The translations under genes and the position numbers were made by a program. Under the pieces are notes generated by a model. That model worked only from the letters and a program-made list of their open reading frames with translations. It was not told the origin of the DNA and ran no database searches. A DNA stretch of 64,000 nucleotides, taken from the IMG/VR virus record IMGVR_UViG_3300025012_000028, positions 150,554 to 214,553 of that record. One strand, written 5' to 3'. The first letter of the stretch is position 1. Every line of letters begins with the position of its first letter. Positions 9,574-20,200 of this stretch are shown one piece after another.

Positions 9574-9900
9574 TTATTCCTCCATTAAAAATTTAGATTT
9601 TTCTAACCATTTGTTAATTTGATGCTCGGTGAACGCTATTGGGAGTTTACCTTTCCTATAATATTTTTTAAGATGATCTGGAACAACCCAACCTTTATTA
9701 TCTTCTCTTGCTGGAACCCAATACTCGGTTCTGTGATCGGGTAATGGTTTACAAGAAAAACCCATAAAATAAACCCTTGGGTGGTACTTCACGGCCCATT
9801 TACAATAGGCATCCACACCACCTTTCTTGTGGTCTATCACACCTATCAGGCGATAGACAACATCACCATAATAATCTGAATGGTGGATTTCTGTTTTCAT
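9574..9900 (-). CDS. Hypothetical protein
   Basis: ORF track; start MKTEIH after GGAGG. Confidence 0.5.
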   Translation of the reverse strand: MKTEIHHSDYYGDVVYRLIGVIDHKKGGVDAYCKWAVKYHPRVYFMGFSCKPLPDHRTEYWVPAREDNKGWVVPDHLKKYYRKGKLPIAFTEHQINKWLEKSKFLMEE

Positions 9901-10104
9901 TTTATTATCCCTCCGCAATTCGTTCAAAGTTCATCATATCAAATTTCATTTTGCGTCTACCCATTCTACCCAGACGTTTCAGATCTTTTTTGGGAGGAGC
10001 ACAACAGGAACATTTCCACCCACCAATCCCAATACAAAGATATTTCTCCCTCATACGTCTGGTGATCAAGATTGGTGATTTCATAATTCCTCCTCAGATA
10101 AATT

Positions 10105-10148
10105 AAAAGCCTGAATAAACTTATATCATTTATTCAGGCTTTTGTCAA
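10105..10148 (-). promoter_or_regulatory. Terminator hairpin with embedded promoter TTGACA-17-TATAAG
   Basis: 15-bp IR 10105-10119/10129-10143; -10 in loop. Confidence 0.8.
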
Positions 10149-10166
10149 GATTTATTTCTTATTAAT

Positions 10167-11090
10167 TTAGAACGTCACGATACCACCAGCAACGGTTCCA
10201 TTTGCCGCAAGGTCTTTGATCGCCTTGGAAACTACCACACCAGTCGTTCCATCCCACGAAGCAACCACGTCTGCAACATCGGCGCCCTCGGTTGCCTGAA
10301 TGATGGACACGATAACCTCAGACATCTTGCTTGCATCAGCAAGAGGAATTGCGTTCTGACCGAGAATTTTGCTCCACGAATCACGAACCCTGACACCATG
10401 ACTCATCATGTAGTTGCCCTGTTCCACCATCAGATGGAACACATGATACTTCCTCGATACCATCATCAACAGTTCTTCAGCAGAGAAAGCATCTTTTTCG
10501 GGTCGATACCCAAGATATTTCTCAATCAATCCTGCTTTAATGGGAGGAGGTACACATTCATCACCGGCAGTGAAGAGATAACCTTTTTTTCCACGCTTTT
10601 CAAAGCAGTCGATGGAAGTGTGCATTGCTGCGAAGTACCAAGGAAAAGTGTACGATTCCGATGAGTTACCACCGCCCCGACCTTCCAGATAAATCTTTTG
10701 AAGCTGTTCAGCAATGCGAATGTCTGCTTCAAACTGAGTCACAGACAGCGGAGCGACTTCGTACATCTCTGCATCACCGATTCCCATGAACATGATGTGC
10801 GGATCGGAAATTGGTTTGCGGTCATAAATTTCCGTTGCCAGAGTATTACAACCTTCACGGATCATCATACGCGCAAGAGAACCCATTGAACCGGTCTGAT
10901 CGATGCCAACAATCAGTGCCGTACTGTTGGGGTTATCTGCGCTATCCCTCGATTCCCTAACTGTGACACCCTTGGGATCGAGTTCATTTACCAGAGTTTT
11001 TGTTGTAAAAAGTCCGGCATCCGAAACACCTTTAACATTTGTGGAACTATAGGAGTCCCAACTGCTCCTGCTCCATGCACCAGATCCCAT
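10167..11090 (-). CDS. von Willebrand factor A (vWA) domain protein
   Basis: MIDAS DQTGSM, GIGD, EG.GGGN..ESY, AGDE. Confidence 0.85.
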   Translation of the reverse strand: MGSGAWSRSSWDSYSSTNVKGVSDAGLFTTKTLVNELDPKGVTVRESRDSADNPNSTALIVGIDQTGSMGSLARMMIREGCNTLATEIYDRKPISDPHIMFMGIGDAEMYEVAPLSVTQFEADIRIAEQLQKIYLEGRGGGNSSESYTFPWYFAAMHTSIDCFEKRGKKGYLFTAGDECVPPPIKAGLIEKYLGYRPEKDAFSAEELLMMVSRKYHVFHLMVEQGNYMMSHGVRVRDSWSKILGQNAIPLADASKMSEVIVSIIQATEGADVADVVASWDGTTGVVVSKAIKDLAANGTVAGGIVTF

Positions 11091-11745
11091 TTTCTTTCTC
11101 CTTTTTAGTTAATAGTTCATAGTAAACTTCATGAATTTTTGTTGCTACTTTATCAACATCACTCAATTCTCTATTGGAGAAACGCATTACAAACCACCCC
11201 AAAGATAATAAATATTCATCTCTAATTTTATCCAACTCAATATTATGAGATAAATTACCACTCCCATAATGATCAAGTTCAATATTTAATTTTACATCGG
11301 GGAAATAAAAATCCAAAATATAATACTTACGGCCATAATAAATCCGTTTGCTCCATTTTGGATTCATCATTTGAAAGATGCGATTTTGCCACAAAACTTC
11401 TTCATAATACGTTCTGCCATTATGTGTTTTTCGGTGGTCATTTATTTCTTTTAAATTATTGATGGCATGTGTCGAATATTTTTCTTTATTTTCTGGTTTA
11501 GCATTCGATATATCTCTAGCAATATCTCGTTTGATTACCAATTCTGGATCGTTATTGACCCTTGTGATATTTCGAATTGAATATTCAATTTGTTTCTGTG
11601 ATTTATTTCTTAACAATAATCGTTCTTTGGATAATTGTTTAATTAGTGAATTGTTTTTATTCCTCCAAATAGCCGCACATGATGTGCTACAATATTTTCT
11701 ATTTGGAGGAATAGATTTACCACAACCATTTTCACAAAACTTCAT
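11047..11745 (-). mobile_element. Putative homing endonuclease, Vsr/DUF559-like C-terminal domain
   Basis: YILDFYFP..KLNIELD, D..RDEYL...GW.VMRFSN; N-terminal C..GC..YCS..C. Confidence 0.75.
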
Positions 11746-11835
11746 TTACGCTACTTCTTCGGTTTTTTCGGTTGCTTCGACTTCAACAACTTCTTCGGCA
11801 ACATACTCTTCGATTTTCAGTGCGGGTGCGCCCAT
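11746..11835 (-). CDS. 29-aa acidic peptide MGAPALKIEEYVAEEVVEVEATEKTEEVA
   Basis: Hand translation; strong AAAGGAG RBS; TAA abuts next ATG. Confidence 0.55.
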   Translation of the reverse strand: MGAPALKIEEYVAEEVVEVEATEKTEEVA

Positions 11836-11851
11836 GTCGTTTCTCCTTTCG

Positions 11852-12235
11852 TTAGAGTGAGTTAAGATGAATTGCTACAGACGGTAATGAAATGAAACTG
11901 TTACCACCATTATTCTGAACCATCTTTGCTACTTTGGTCATAGCTTTGAATTTATGAGAACCAATTTCAAACCCCAAGAAACAGAAAATAGTTTTTTCAG
12001 GACGTTTGTTGCTATCATCAACAACTTCCGCCACGGAATAGATATTATCTTCTTCCGAAGTGATTACATAAAGGCAATAATCACATTCTTTGCGCTGCTT
12101 AAGTTCTTCCTCGTAAGCAGCGTCATTCCACGTTCCTTCAGGAAGTTGTGGGTTGAAATAATCAATACACAACATCTGAATTAATTCGTCCCGCCATATG
12201 GATTTGCCACACGTCCCACCCAGAAAAACTTTCAT
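11852..12235 (-). CDS. Nucleoside 2-deoxyribosyltransferase-like protein
   Basis: KVFLGGTC..S.WR, YFNP, YSVAE. Confidence 0.75.
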   Translation of the reverse strand: MKVFLGGTCGKSIWRDELIQMLCIDYFNPQLPEGTWNDAAYEEELKQRKECDYCLYVITSEEDNIYSVAEVVDDSNKRPEKTIFCFLGFEIGSHKFKAMTKVAKMVQNNGGNSFISLPSVAIHLNSL

Positions 12236-12335
12236 TGGTTTCTCTCCCGTTCATAATTTCTTTCCAATATTTCCATACGTGCTAAATGATACAGTTCTGC
12301 TCTTATTTTGTCAATATCTTTATCAAGTTTATTGA

Positions 12336-12569
12336 TTAATTGTTTTTTAAACTTCTCACATAGAGCCGCAAACTTCTTGCAGCATTAGACATTGATAAAC
12401 ATCCACCACTAACTTCTTCTACAAAAAGAGTGGAATTAACCACAAACCTTTTACCTCTCCAATTGAATCGGATGCTACTCGGATATAATTTAAGATCGCT
12501 GATAGTATTAGATTCGGGTAACTTGCTGTACACCGTTTCAATAATTTCTGCTAATGTTTTCTCACTCAT
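12336..12569 (-). CDS. Hypothetical protein
   Basis: ORF track. Confidence 0.5.
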   Translation of the reverse strand: MSEKTLAEIIETVYSKLPESNTISDLKLYPSSIRFNWRGKRFVVNSTLFVEEVSGGCLSMSNAARSLRLYVRSLKNN

Positions 12570-13578
12570 ACACATCCTCCCATTTCAAATCAAGATGGAT
12601 AAATTTTCTCTCACCATAACTCTCTTTTAGAATTTTGGTGTGCCAAGTTTCATATTCCTTGAACGGATCATCCCCCGCACCATATTCCAACCAGTTTTGG
12701 AAAGCTTTGGGAGCCTTGGCCTTCTCCAACAGTTTGCGCCCAAGTGCCTTAACAAATTCACCATCGGTGGTGCAGCTTGCCAGCTTGGATGCCCTGACAG
12801 TAGGAGGAACCGAATTATAAAGGTGTGATGGAACAGCAATCATCTTCTCACCGATATTGGTGGTGAACCACCACCCACCTAGAATTGCGACAGAGTGATA
12901 TTCGGGAGAAATGAAAATTGTTTCCAGAGAAATACTGTTATTAACTATACCATTAAATTTGAAATAACACAACAGATTATTTAATCTACTTTGCATCCAC
13001 GCCACGTGTTTGTCCCACGCCACTGGATAACCTTTGGAATTGTAATGATCATATACATCCTTTAATAGAAGTTGATCGGGTGTTTTGCTCACCACGATAA
13101 CGAACCTGCTATCTTTACATTTGAAGTTTTTCTTAATGGTGGGAAGGTATCTGCTGAACTCCTTTTTCATATCTTCGTTTGCATACTTAAAGGATTTCAC
13201 ATTTCGTAAGTAATTCTCATAGAACTTAATATGATCCTTATCCAGAACATATGCTATGACAGTTTTGGAAATGTACATCTCCCCCAATTCGAATTTATGT
13301 TTCTTCCTGAAACCAATTCGATAGGTGGTATTGTGTTCATCGGTGACGTAGACCACAAAAGGAATTTCCCATTTCCCCTGTTCGATCAGTTCAACCGACT
13401 TGGTGTACATGTCCTTAATGTGAACAAAAACATCGTTGGCATTGGATTCTTTATAACGATCAGGATGAAATTTCATGCTGAGAGTTTTGAATTCACTTTT
13501 AGCCACATCAATATCATTGCTGAAAATCTCACAGGGATTGACAATTTTTAATAGTTCGTTGGCTGTGAAATCTTTCAT
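12562..13578 (-). CDS. J-domain (HPD) fused to protein-kinase-like domain, probably a pseudokinase
   Basis: FKTLSMKFHPDR; HVAWMQSRL, IVNNSIS, ILGGWWF where HxD and DFG are expected. Confidence 0.7.
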   Translation of the reverse strand: MKDFTANELLKIVNPCEIFSNDIDVAKSEFKTLSMKFHPDRYKESNANDVFVHIKDMYTKSVELIEQGKWEIPFVVYVTDEHNTTYRIGFRKKHKFELGEMYISKTVIAYVLDKDHIKFYENYLRNVKSFKYANEDMKKEFSRYLPTIKKNFKCKDSRFVIVVSKTPDQLLLKDVYDHYNSKGYPVAWDKHVAWMQSRLNNLLCYFKFNGIVNNSISLETIFISPEYHSVAILGGWWFTTNIGEKMIAVPSHLYNSVPPTVRASKLASCTTDGEFVKALGRKLLEKAKAPKAFQNWLEYGAGDDPFKEYETWHTKILKESYGERKFIHLDLKWEDVYE

Positions 13579-13797
13579 TTAACTTGTCCTATATTGGATT
13601 TGGTTTTCTTCAAACACTTTAATCGCAGCTTCGAAATAATATTCCTGATCGAAGAGAAATATGAATTCTGAATATCCTATGTCCACCACATTCCTGATTA
13701 ATGGTTCGATCTTCCAGAAAACTTCAGCAGTCTCTTCCCACGAATCGTTCACATAAACAAGCTGAATGATCCATGTTTTAAAAACAGGCCATTCCAT
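13579..13797 (-). CDS. Hypothetical protein
   Basis: ORF track. Confidence 0.5.
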   Translation of the reverse strand: MEWPVFKTWIIQLVYVNDSWEETAEVFWKIEPLIRNVVDIGYSEFIFLFDQEYYFEAAIKVFEENQIQYRTS

Positions 13798-14258
13798 TAG
13801 GCAAGCCTCTTGGATTTGATTAAATCAATGAGTTTATATTCTGGAGACTCGGGTGGAAAATAGTATTGGGAATGAATATTACTATTTTCATCTATTTCTG
13901 AAATATTAAAGTAGTACCCATCATCAAATTTAACTGCATTAAAATATCTTTCTGGAACAATCACCCCACAACAAGTAATAATCCCACCAAGAGAATCTTC
14001 ATCTTCGTGGAACTTATCAAAGGGTAGATCCATAGAAGGGCATATTTCCCAAAGAAGATTAAATATATCCTCAATATCTTTTCGATTGCCCCCATTGAGG
14101 ATGATGATAGTTTTATCATGTCCTGCCCAACGATTATATCTTTTGCTTCTCGCACATTTCTGAGATAGATCACCCACAAGATGTGCCGTTTGTAGGCCAT
14201 GTTGAAGCGGCGAAAGATAAAAAATTACAAATGAATAAAGCCTGAGTTCTTCTTCCAT
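13797..14258 (-). CDS. Peptidyl-tRNA hydrolase 2-like protein
   Basis: LS..Q.GLQTAH, W...KTIIIL, F.E..LGG..T..G. Confidence 0.65.
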   Translation of the reverse strand: MEEELRLYSFVIFYLSPLQHGLQTAHLVGDLSQKCARSKRYNRWAGHDKTIIILNGGNRKDIEDIFNLLWEICPSMDLPFDKFHEDEDSLGGIITCCGVIVPERYFNAVKFDDGYYFNISEIDENSNIHSQYYFPPESPEYKLIDLIKSKRLA

Positions 14259-14277
14259 TTAATTTTCCTCCCAAAAT

Positions 14278-14321
14278 AAAAAACGTATCCGAACTTTACA
14301 TCCGAATACGTTTTTTGTCAA
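14278..14321 (-). promoter_or_regulatory. Terminator of late operon with embedded promoter TTGACA-17-TAAAGT
   Basis: IR aaaaaacgtatccgaa/tccgaatacgtttttt, -10 at loop, T tract follows on minus strand. Confidence 0.75.
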
Positions 14322-14339
14322 TATATTTTTAGATTAATT

Positions 14340-16076
14340 TTAATTAACCATATACCCAAATCCAGATTCATCTTTTAAAAAGTTCCTTGCGTCCAATTGT
14401 TCCCAACCGTCGAACCCGTAGTACGGCTGACTCGTTTTTATTTCAAATCCAATTCCATTTTCCAATTCAAAATCGGAATCAGTTAATAACAACATCACAG
14501 TTTTGAAATTCGTATATACTTTCATTGGTGCCTGATTCCATTTATTATCTACATCATTAATAAATGCCTCATCTTCTAGGTCGTTATATGTTTCCCCTCC
14601 AATTGTTATATCAAAACTTTTCAGCCCACCGTCTAAAGCAGACATCATTTCGTTATATCTGCCACCTTCAATACCTCTCTCCGCTGCCCATCTACATTGA
14701 GTATAAAGATCATCTCCCTCATCTTCCAAAAACTGGAACATATCATCTTCCCAATTTTCTTCATCCTCGTCCGGATATTCTTTTCTAATATACTCTTCAA
14801 CTTTCTTTTCGTCCAACATTTCATAACATTCTCTTATAGTATCATCACTCACTTCTATATCTGGGTCCGAATCTTGGTCTACTATCCATTTGGTTGTATC
14901 GTCACCATAATTTTCAACTAGGTCTTCTAAATCTCTGGCTTCATATATGACTGCAAATTCTTTCTTTTCATCCCACTCTAAAGAATGAAGATCTTTCGAA
15001 ATCCAGAGTTCATTCATTCTCTGCATAAATGAATCGGTTTTTCCTACTTTCTTATAATAATCCATCAAACCCATCAACTCGGGTCGTTGTTCAAATAAAT
15101 CTTCTTTAAATTCATCTGACAAATCTTCGGTACTAAAATCCGAATCTTGTCCATAAGAGGAACGTTCTATCCCTTTGATATAATAACTTTCGGTTCCCTT
15201 GGTTGATGTTACTTCTTTATGGAGCAGCAAATCCAGAATGTACTTGTGGTACTTCTCAACGGGTTTGGTATTTTGTTTGCCCTTCATTTGATATAAGATA
15301 TGATCATCACTACCCATCTCAAAAGTCAGATGGGGTTCCCATAACCACGTAGACGGTTCAGATTTGCGTTTGTTGAGGTATCGGAGGGAAAGTAAGGTAC
15401 TACCATGACTTCCAGTTCCGCAGTGTCCCATTGCCCTACTCTCGTTGCTACAGTAGTTGGTGTTGAGGTCTACCCAATACCAACCGTTCCCATACTCGAT
15501 TATAGGAAAACATCTTTTGTCTGGATAACCTTCTTCATGATCCAATGGTTGTTTGATATACTGAACTGTTCCATCTAACTCTGATGCCCATTCCTTTTCA
15601 ATCTTTTCCATATCGGCAAACACTTCTTCGGGGAATTTACCGGTAGGATTATAATCATCAATCTCTTTTAAGTGAAGATCCAGAAAGTGTTTATATTGAG
15701 TCAATGTTTTTCTAGGTAGAAAATCATTTTGCATTTTACTATCTAATATGTCGGGTCTATCCGCCAGATTAAATTTTTTACATTCGCTTTGTAAAAGTTT
15801 TTTGTAATATTGTTTTATGTTCTGTTCAGCAACTTTATCATCTAGAGTTAAATTGTCTAGTGTCCATGCCATATATATCTGCATTAATTTATTATACCAA
15901 ATAATTCTAAAATTCTTTTTTAAATACTCTGGCGATTGAAGAACATAAGATCTATAATATGTGTCGATTACCGGAGTAACTTTACCCAATTCCAAAACTT
16001 TGGTAAACATCTGCGAATAATCATATGCCTCAAGCAGCAGAGGAGCATGTAAAAAGGTTTTAAAAGAAATCATCAT
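14340..16076 (-). CDS. Putative internal head protein with PcfJ-like central domain
   Basis: Leader MISFKTFL...LLE; E..AMGHC, LLSLR, PHLTFE, QMKGKQN.KP; acidic C-terminus. Confidence 0.6.
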   Translation of the reverse strand: MMISFKTFLHAPLLLEAYDYSQMFTKVLELGKVTPVIDTYYRSYVLQSPEYLKKNFRIIWYNKLMQIYMAWTLDNLTLDDKVAEQNIKQYYKKLLQSECKKFNLADRPDILDSKMQNDFLPRKTLTQYKHFLDLHLKEIDDYNPTGKFPEEVFADMEKIEKEWASELDGTVQYIKQPLDHEEGYPDKRCFPIIEYGNGWYWVDLNTNYCSNESRAMGHCGTGSHGSTLLSLRYLNKRKSEPSTWLWEPHLTFEMGSDDHILYQMKGKQNTKPVEKYHKYILDLLLHKEVTSTKGTESYYIKGIERSSYGQDSDFSTEDLSDEFKEDLFEQRPELMGLMDYYKKVGKTDSFMQRMNELWISKDLHSLEWDEKKEFAVIYEARDLEDLVENYGDDTTKWIVDQDSDPDIEVSDDTIRECYEMLDEKKVEEYIRKEYPDEDEENWEDDMFQFLEDEGDDLYTQCRWAAERGIEGGRYNEMMSALDGGLKSFDITIGGETYNDLEDEAFINDVDNKWNQAPMKVYTNFKTVMLLLTDSDFELENGIGFEIKTSQPYYGFDGWEQLDARNFLKDESGFGYMVN

Positions 16077-16457
16077 TTACCTCAACGTCCCAAGTTTAAT
16101 AAAATCACCCGAATCTAACAGTTCGTGTACTCCGGTTCCATATTTCATCCCAGAATGTTTAACTGCATATTGACTTCCAGATTCCTCTTCACCTATAGTT
16201 TTTGTAAGATACATAGGGGAATCAAATTTAATATTCCAACTATAACCAGTCACCTGATAAACTTTACCAGTCTTATTTGATTTGAATCTATCACCCACTC
16301 CCAAGCGCCATCCTTGGTATGCCTCAATCTTTTCCATCATGTCTTTCACACCAAGCTTAATATCATCCCTCAATTTCTTATGAAACTCCCTTTCGGGTCT
16401 GGTGATAAGAGGAATGGGTTCTTTATCTTCGGTGATAAATTCTTTGAATGAAATCAT
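16077..16457 (-). CDS. Putative internal head protein
   Basis: Leader MISFKEFITE resembles T4 capsid-targeting sequence. Confidence 0.65.
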   Translation of the reverse strand: MISFKEFITEDKEPIPLITRPEREFHKKLRDDIKLGVKDMMEKIEAYQGWRLGVGDRFKSNKTGKVYQVTGYSWNIKFDSPMYLTKTIGEEESGSQYAVKHSGMKYGTGVHELLDSGDFIKLGTLR

Positions 16458-16483
16458 GGAGTTATCCTATATGAATTTTTTAT

Positions 16484-16512
16484 TTGACAATTACGGATTT
16501 CGGAGTTAAAAT
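16484..16512 (+). promoter_or_regulatory. sigma70-like promoter TTGACA-17-TAAAAT, antisense to late operon
   Basis: Near-consensus, intergenic, no credible + ORF downstream. Confidence 0.6.
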
Positions 16513-16571
16513 AATCTTGTCCGTTAGGACATAGACATCTACTGCCTTTTATTATAGGACAATGGACAATC

Positions 16572-17003
16572 CTAGAAATCATCATCTTCATCGGGAGGAA
16601 TGACTTCTACAACATCATATTTCTCACCAATATATTTATTTGAATATAAAAAGTCCTTCATATCTTCTACATCGACCCAACCTAATTTAAGATTGGTGGA
16701 AGTCAGAGTTATAATGCAGCTATACTTTTTAAATTTCTTCATTTCTCCAACAAAGTTAATTTCCAAACACAGAGGTTTTTCTAATTCAAATTTCCGCGCA
16801 ACATCTGTATGTAGAATGGTATCCCCGAAACCATAAACAATTTCACCATCCACAACAACTACTCTCATGATATCCCAACTCTTAACAACCTCTATGGATT
16901 TGATTTCATCAAAGGTGGGATTTTCGAATATAAGTTGTTCCTCACGCTTATACATGTAGGAATCTTTATAATTTTCGGATAAAAATTTTTTGAATGATAT
17001 CAA
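16572..17003 (-). CDS. Putative internal head protein
   Basis: TTG start with GAGG RBS; leader ISFKKFLSE. Confidence 0.6.
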   Translation of the reverse strand: MISFKKFLSENYKDSYMYKREEQLIFENPTFDEIKSIEVVKSWDIMRVVVVDGEIVYGFGDTILHTDVARKFELEKPLCLEINFVGEMKKFKKYSCIITLTSTNLKLGWVDVEDMKDFLYSNKYIGEKYDVVEVIPPDEDDDF

Positions 17004-17216
17004 TGGTTAGTTCCTCGAATGGTTATGTTTACCGTTAGAATGATAATCATTATTAAGGAGTCGTCTCAGTGCAAGATCAAAACGTCTAGCAAGTAAAAAA
17101 TCACACTCAGATATCGACTTGGCCTTTTCTCTTCTCAATCCTTCGATGATTAGTTGTTTCATAACACAATAACCTAAGATGGTAATAACAAAATTATCAT
17201 GTCAGTGGTGCTACTT

Positions 17217-20200
17217 TTATACTAGTGTTAATGTGGTACTCCGCACTGTGCCGTCCGAACCCTTGACTTTTACCGTCAAGGTAGTGTTGTCGGTCAACTC
17301 GAAAGTCATTTCCCCGTTTACTGTTGGTGTTGCCGACGTGAGGGGAAAAGCTGAAACGTAATCCGTTGTAGGGGTGTAGGCTGCTGTACCAAGGTTTGAT
17401 GATTTCACCAGCCCGTTTATTATAAACGTCGAATAAACCCCACCGTCATTAGTGAGTAGATAACCATCGCCGGTCCCTTGATCTTGTTCATACTGGTTAA
17501 TGATAGTTGCCATCATGATGATGCCATCATGAACTGAGACCAAGGAGCCAGAGCCGAACACTGTGGACCCACTTAGACCCGCCCCCGGTGTGGCTTCTCG
17601 TGCCTGAAAGATTGTGCCGACTGCATTGGACGTAGAAACATACCCGACTTGAAGCGGCGTAAAATCAGCATCGGTGTTATTTAGTATCTTATACCACCCT
17701 CCGACCTCAATATTCGTCAAGTTCGTATAAGAAATCGGCGTGCTGGCGAAAATGGCCCTCGATTGCCGTCCAATTCCCTGTTTTGATCTCAGATCGTCAC
17801 CATTGACCCTGAGATTAAGCATATAATAGTTACCAAGAACCACACCGTAACGAACTGCTGGTGTGCCGGAAACATACCCCCCATTGCCATCTACTGTCAT
17901 ATCGAGAGTGCTGGCATACATTCCATAACTAGAGTTGCCCAACCGGAATCCGTGTGAACCGTTCTCTTGTGCTTCTATTGTACCTTGGTGGTTCGCTCCG
18001 GTGAGAATTACCGCACCTTCAAAGTCATTAGCAGCAGTACCGAAATATGGAACAATATCGACAGATGAACCTGTGGTGGAGATGTTGAGCCGTCTAGAAA
18101 GAAAAACTTTGATGTCGGAATACTGAATATTCTTGTTTGCGAATCTCGCCGCCAAACCCCAGTGCATTGCACCGCCAATCTGGATTTTCGACAATTTGCT
18201 ATCGTTGGCCTTGCCGAGGTCCAGCCCCGAACCATCGACCCGCTGAACAATCAGCCCCTCAATTACTAGGTTGCTAGCGTACCCTTCATCGTTACTAACA
18301 ACCACGCCGTGACCACCACTCAACAGATGCGCTCCAGTGCCGGAATCGCGGATATCGTCGGCTGCGAACTCCTCGCGTAGGCCGTACACGCCTCCAGCGG
18401 CCCCCGATCTGTGTCCCGCGAAGAATTCAACTCTGGTGTCGGAAAGCGTCCGGGAATAAGTGTTGTCCACACCTTGGGCAATGTATATGCCGCTCCCCAC
18501 CGAGAACAACCCCCCACCAGCCTGACCATCGACCGTAAGCCCATGGATAGACCCGTACGCGCCGGTCCAGCGAATGACATAAAGCAAGGCGTCAGCGGCG
18601 TCATCTCCGGAAGGTTTGAATCGTATCTTACTGGACGCTGAACCATCCCCGATGAGATGCACTTTTGATTTCAACTCAACATCACGCCACCACGTAACCC
18701 CGCGCGGGACAAAAACGGAGCCGCCGTTTAGCGCGGCTTGCACATCAATCGCGGCTTGCGCGGCTGCCGAATCGTCCGAGCCGTCATATTTCGCGCCGAA
18801 CCATTTAACGTTGACCGCCCCGGTGTAATCCCTCAGCCATGCAGCCGAACCGTCGCCGCCTGTCGGCACAATGACGGTGCCGTTGTTGTCGGTGTAGGTG
18901 CCCGGTGAAGCACCTGAAACCCAACGGAAATGACCTCCCCCACCATCTCCTGCCGAAGTGTGATTCTCAAGGTATATAGATGGCACAGTGCCGTTCGTGA
19001 TGCCTCGTAACGCCGTGAGGTTTGTCACGACCAAGCCATCCATAGCATCTTGCACCGCCTTGACCGCTGCCGAGTTCGCCGCCGTGGTTGTGGAGTTAGA
19101 AGTAGTGGAGGATGAAAGCTCCGATGTTGATACAATATCCCCGAACTTTAAACCACCCACAACTTTCGATGGGTCGAAATTGTGTGGACCCACAAGTACC
19201 GGTTCTAGTGCTGCCGCCACATCAACTTCAGTAGTAGGAGGATATGTCTCTGAGTTAATTTTTCGGAAGGATAAGATTGTAGTTCGTGAAGCATTACCAT
19301 CTATCAAAAGATGTTGTGCATCGGGCGCTGCCGCAGCACCTATGGTGTCCTGTCTTGACATTCCCGAAATAATACTGTTACCTTCCCCACCTGAAATACG
19401 GTAGCTCCTGCCGGGAAACTCAGCAGACCTGTTAATGTTGGCTTCCACACCGGACCCACTCAGAGTTACGGCGTTAGCACCGTCCAACCAAAAACCTAGT
19501 CCGGCCTGTTCGATATATGTGCCGTTTATATTGACTGTAGTTGGACCATATAGATAGACCCCAAGGATAATATCTCGTACACTAGAACTAATAAAAGTAT
19601 GACCGTCACCACCATCTATAAATATTCCGGCATAACCACCTTGAAAAATTTTGACCTGATCATAGGTACAAAATGCACCAGTACCCACATAAAGTGATAT
19701 ATCATTGAGGTAACGTAGATGAACATTACGTACAGTCAAATTAGTAAGTATTTCTTGGGAGCTAACATGAATATCAATACCTTTATTCCCCGTGCCGACC
19801 CATTGACCCGGACCATCTATCCCAAAATTGGATAGATATACCCAATCTGTATCGACACCTAACAATGCTGGACCATCAAAGTCAGCCTTGATAAGTCCTG
19901 AGTCCAATGGTGACACACCGAAAATACGATGTCCGTCGCGCAGTGTAAGGGGTGCTGATATTTTACACCATGCCGGAAGTAGTATACTAGTTTCTGAGTC
20001 AAGTACAGCCTGTATTGCAGCTCTATCATCCGTTATACCGTCACATACAGCGCCTCTTGTTTTAACATTGACCGCATGTGTGTCTATCTGATCCTGCACC
20101 GCCTTGGTTAAAGAGTTAATTGAAGTTTTAACCGAATTACCATTTTGAACAATAGGTACTTTTTCTAAACCAGATAGTGGTATCGTAGCTTCATTAAATT

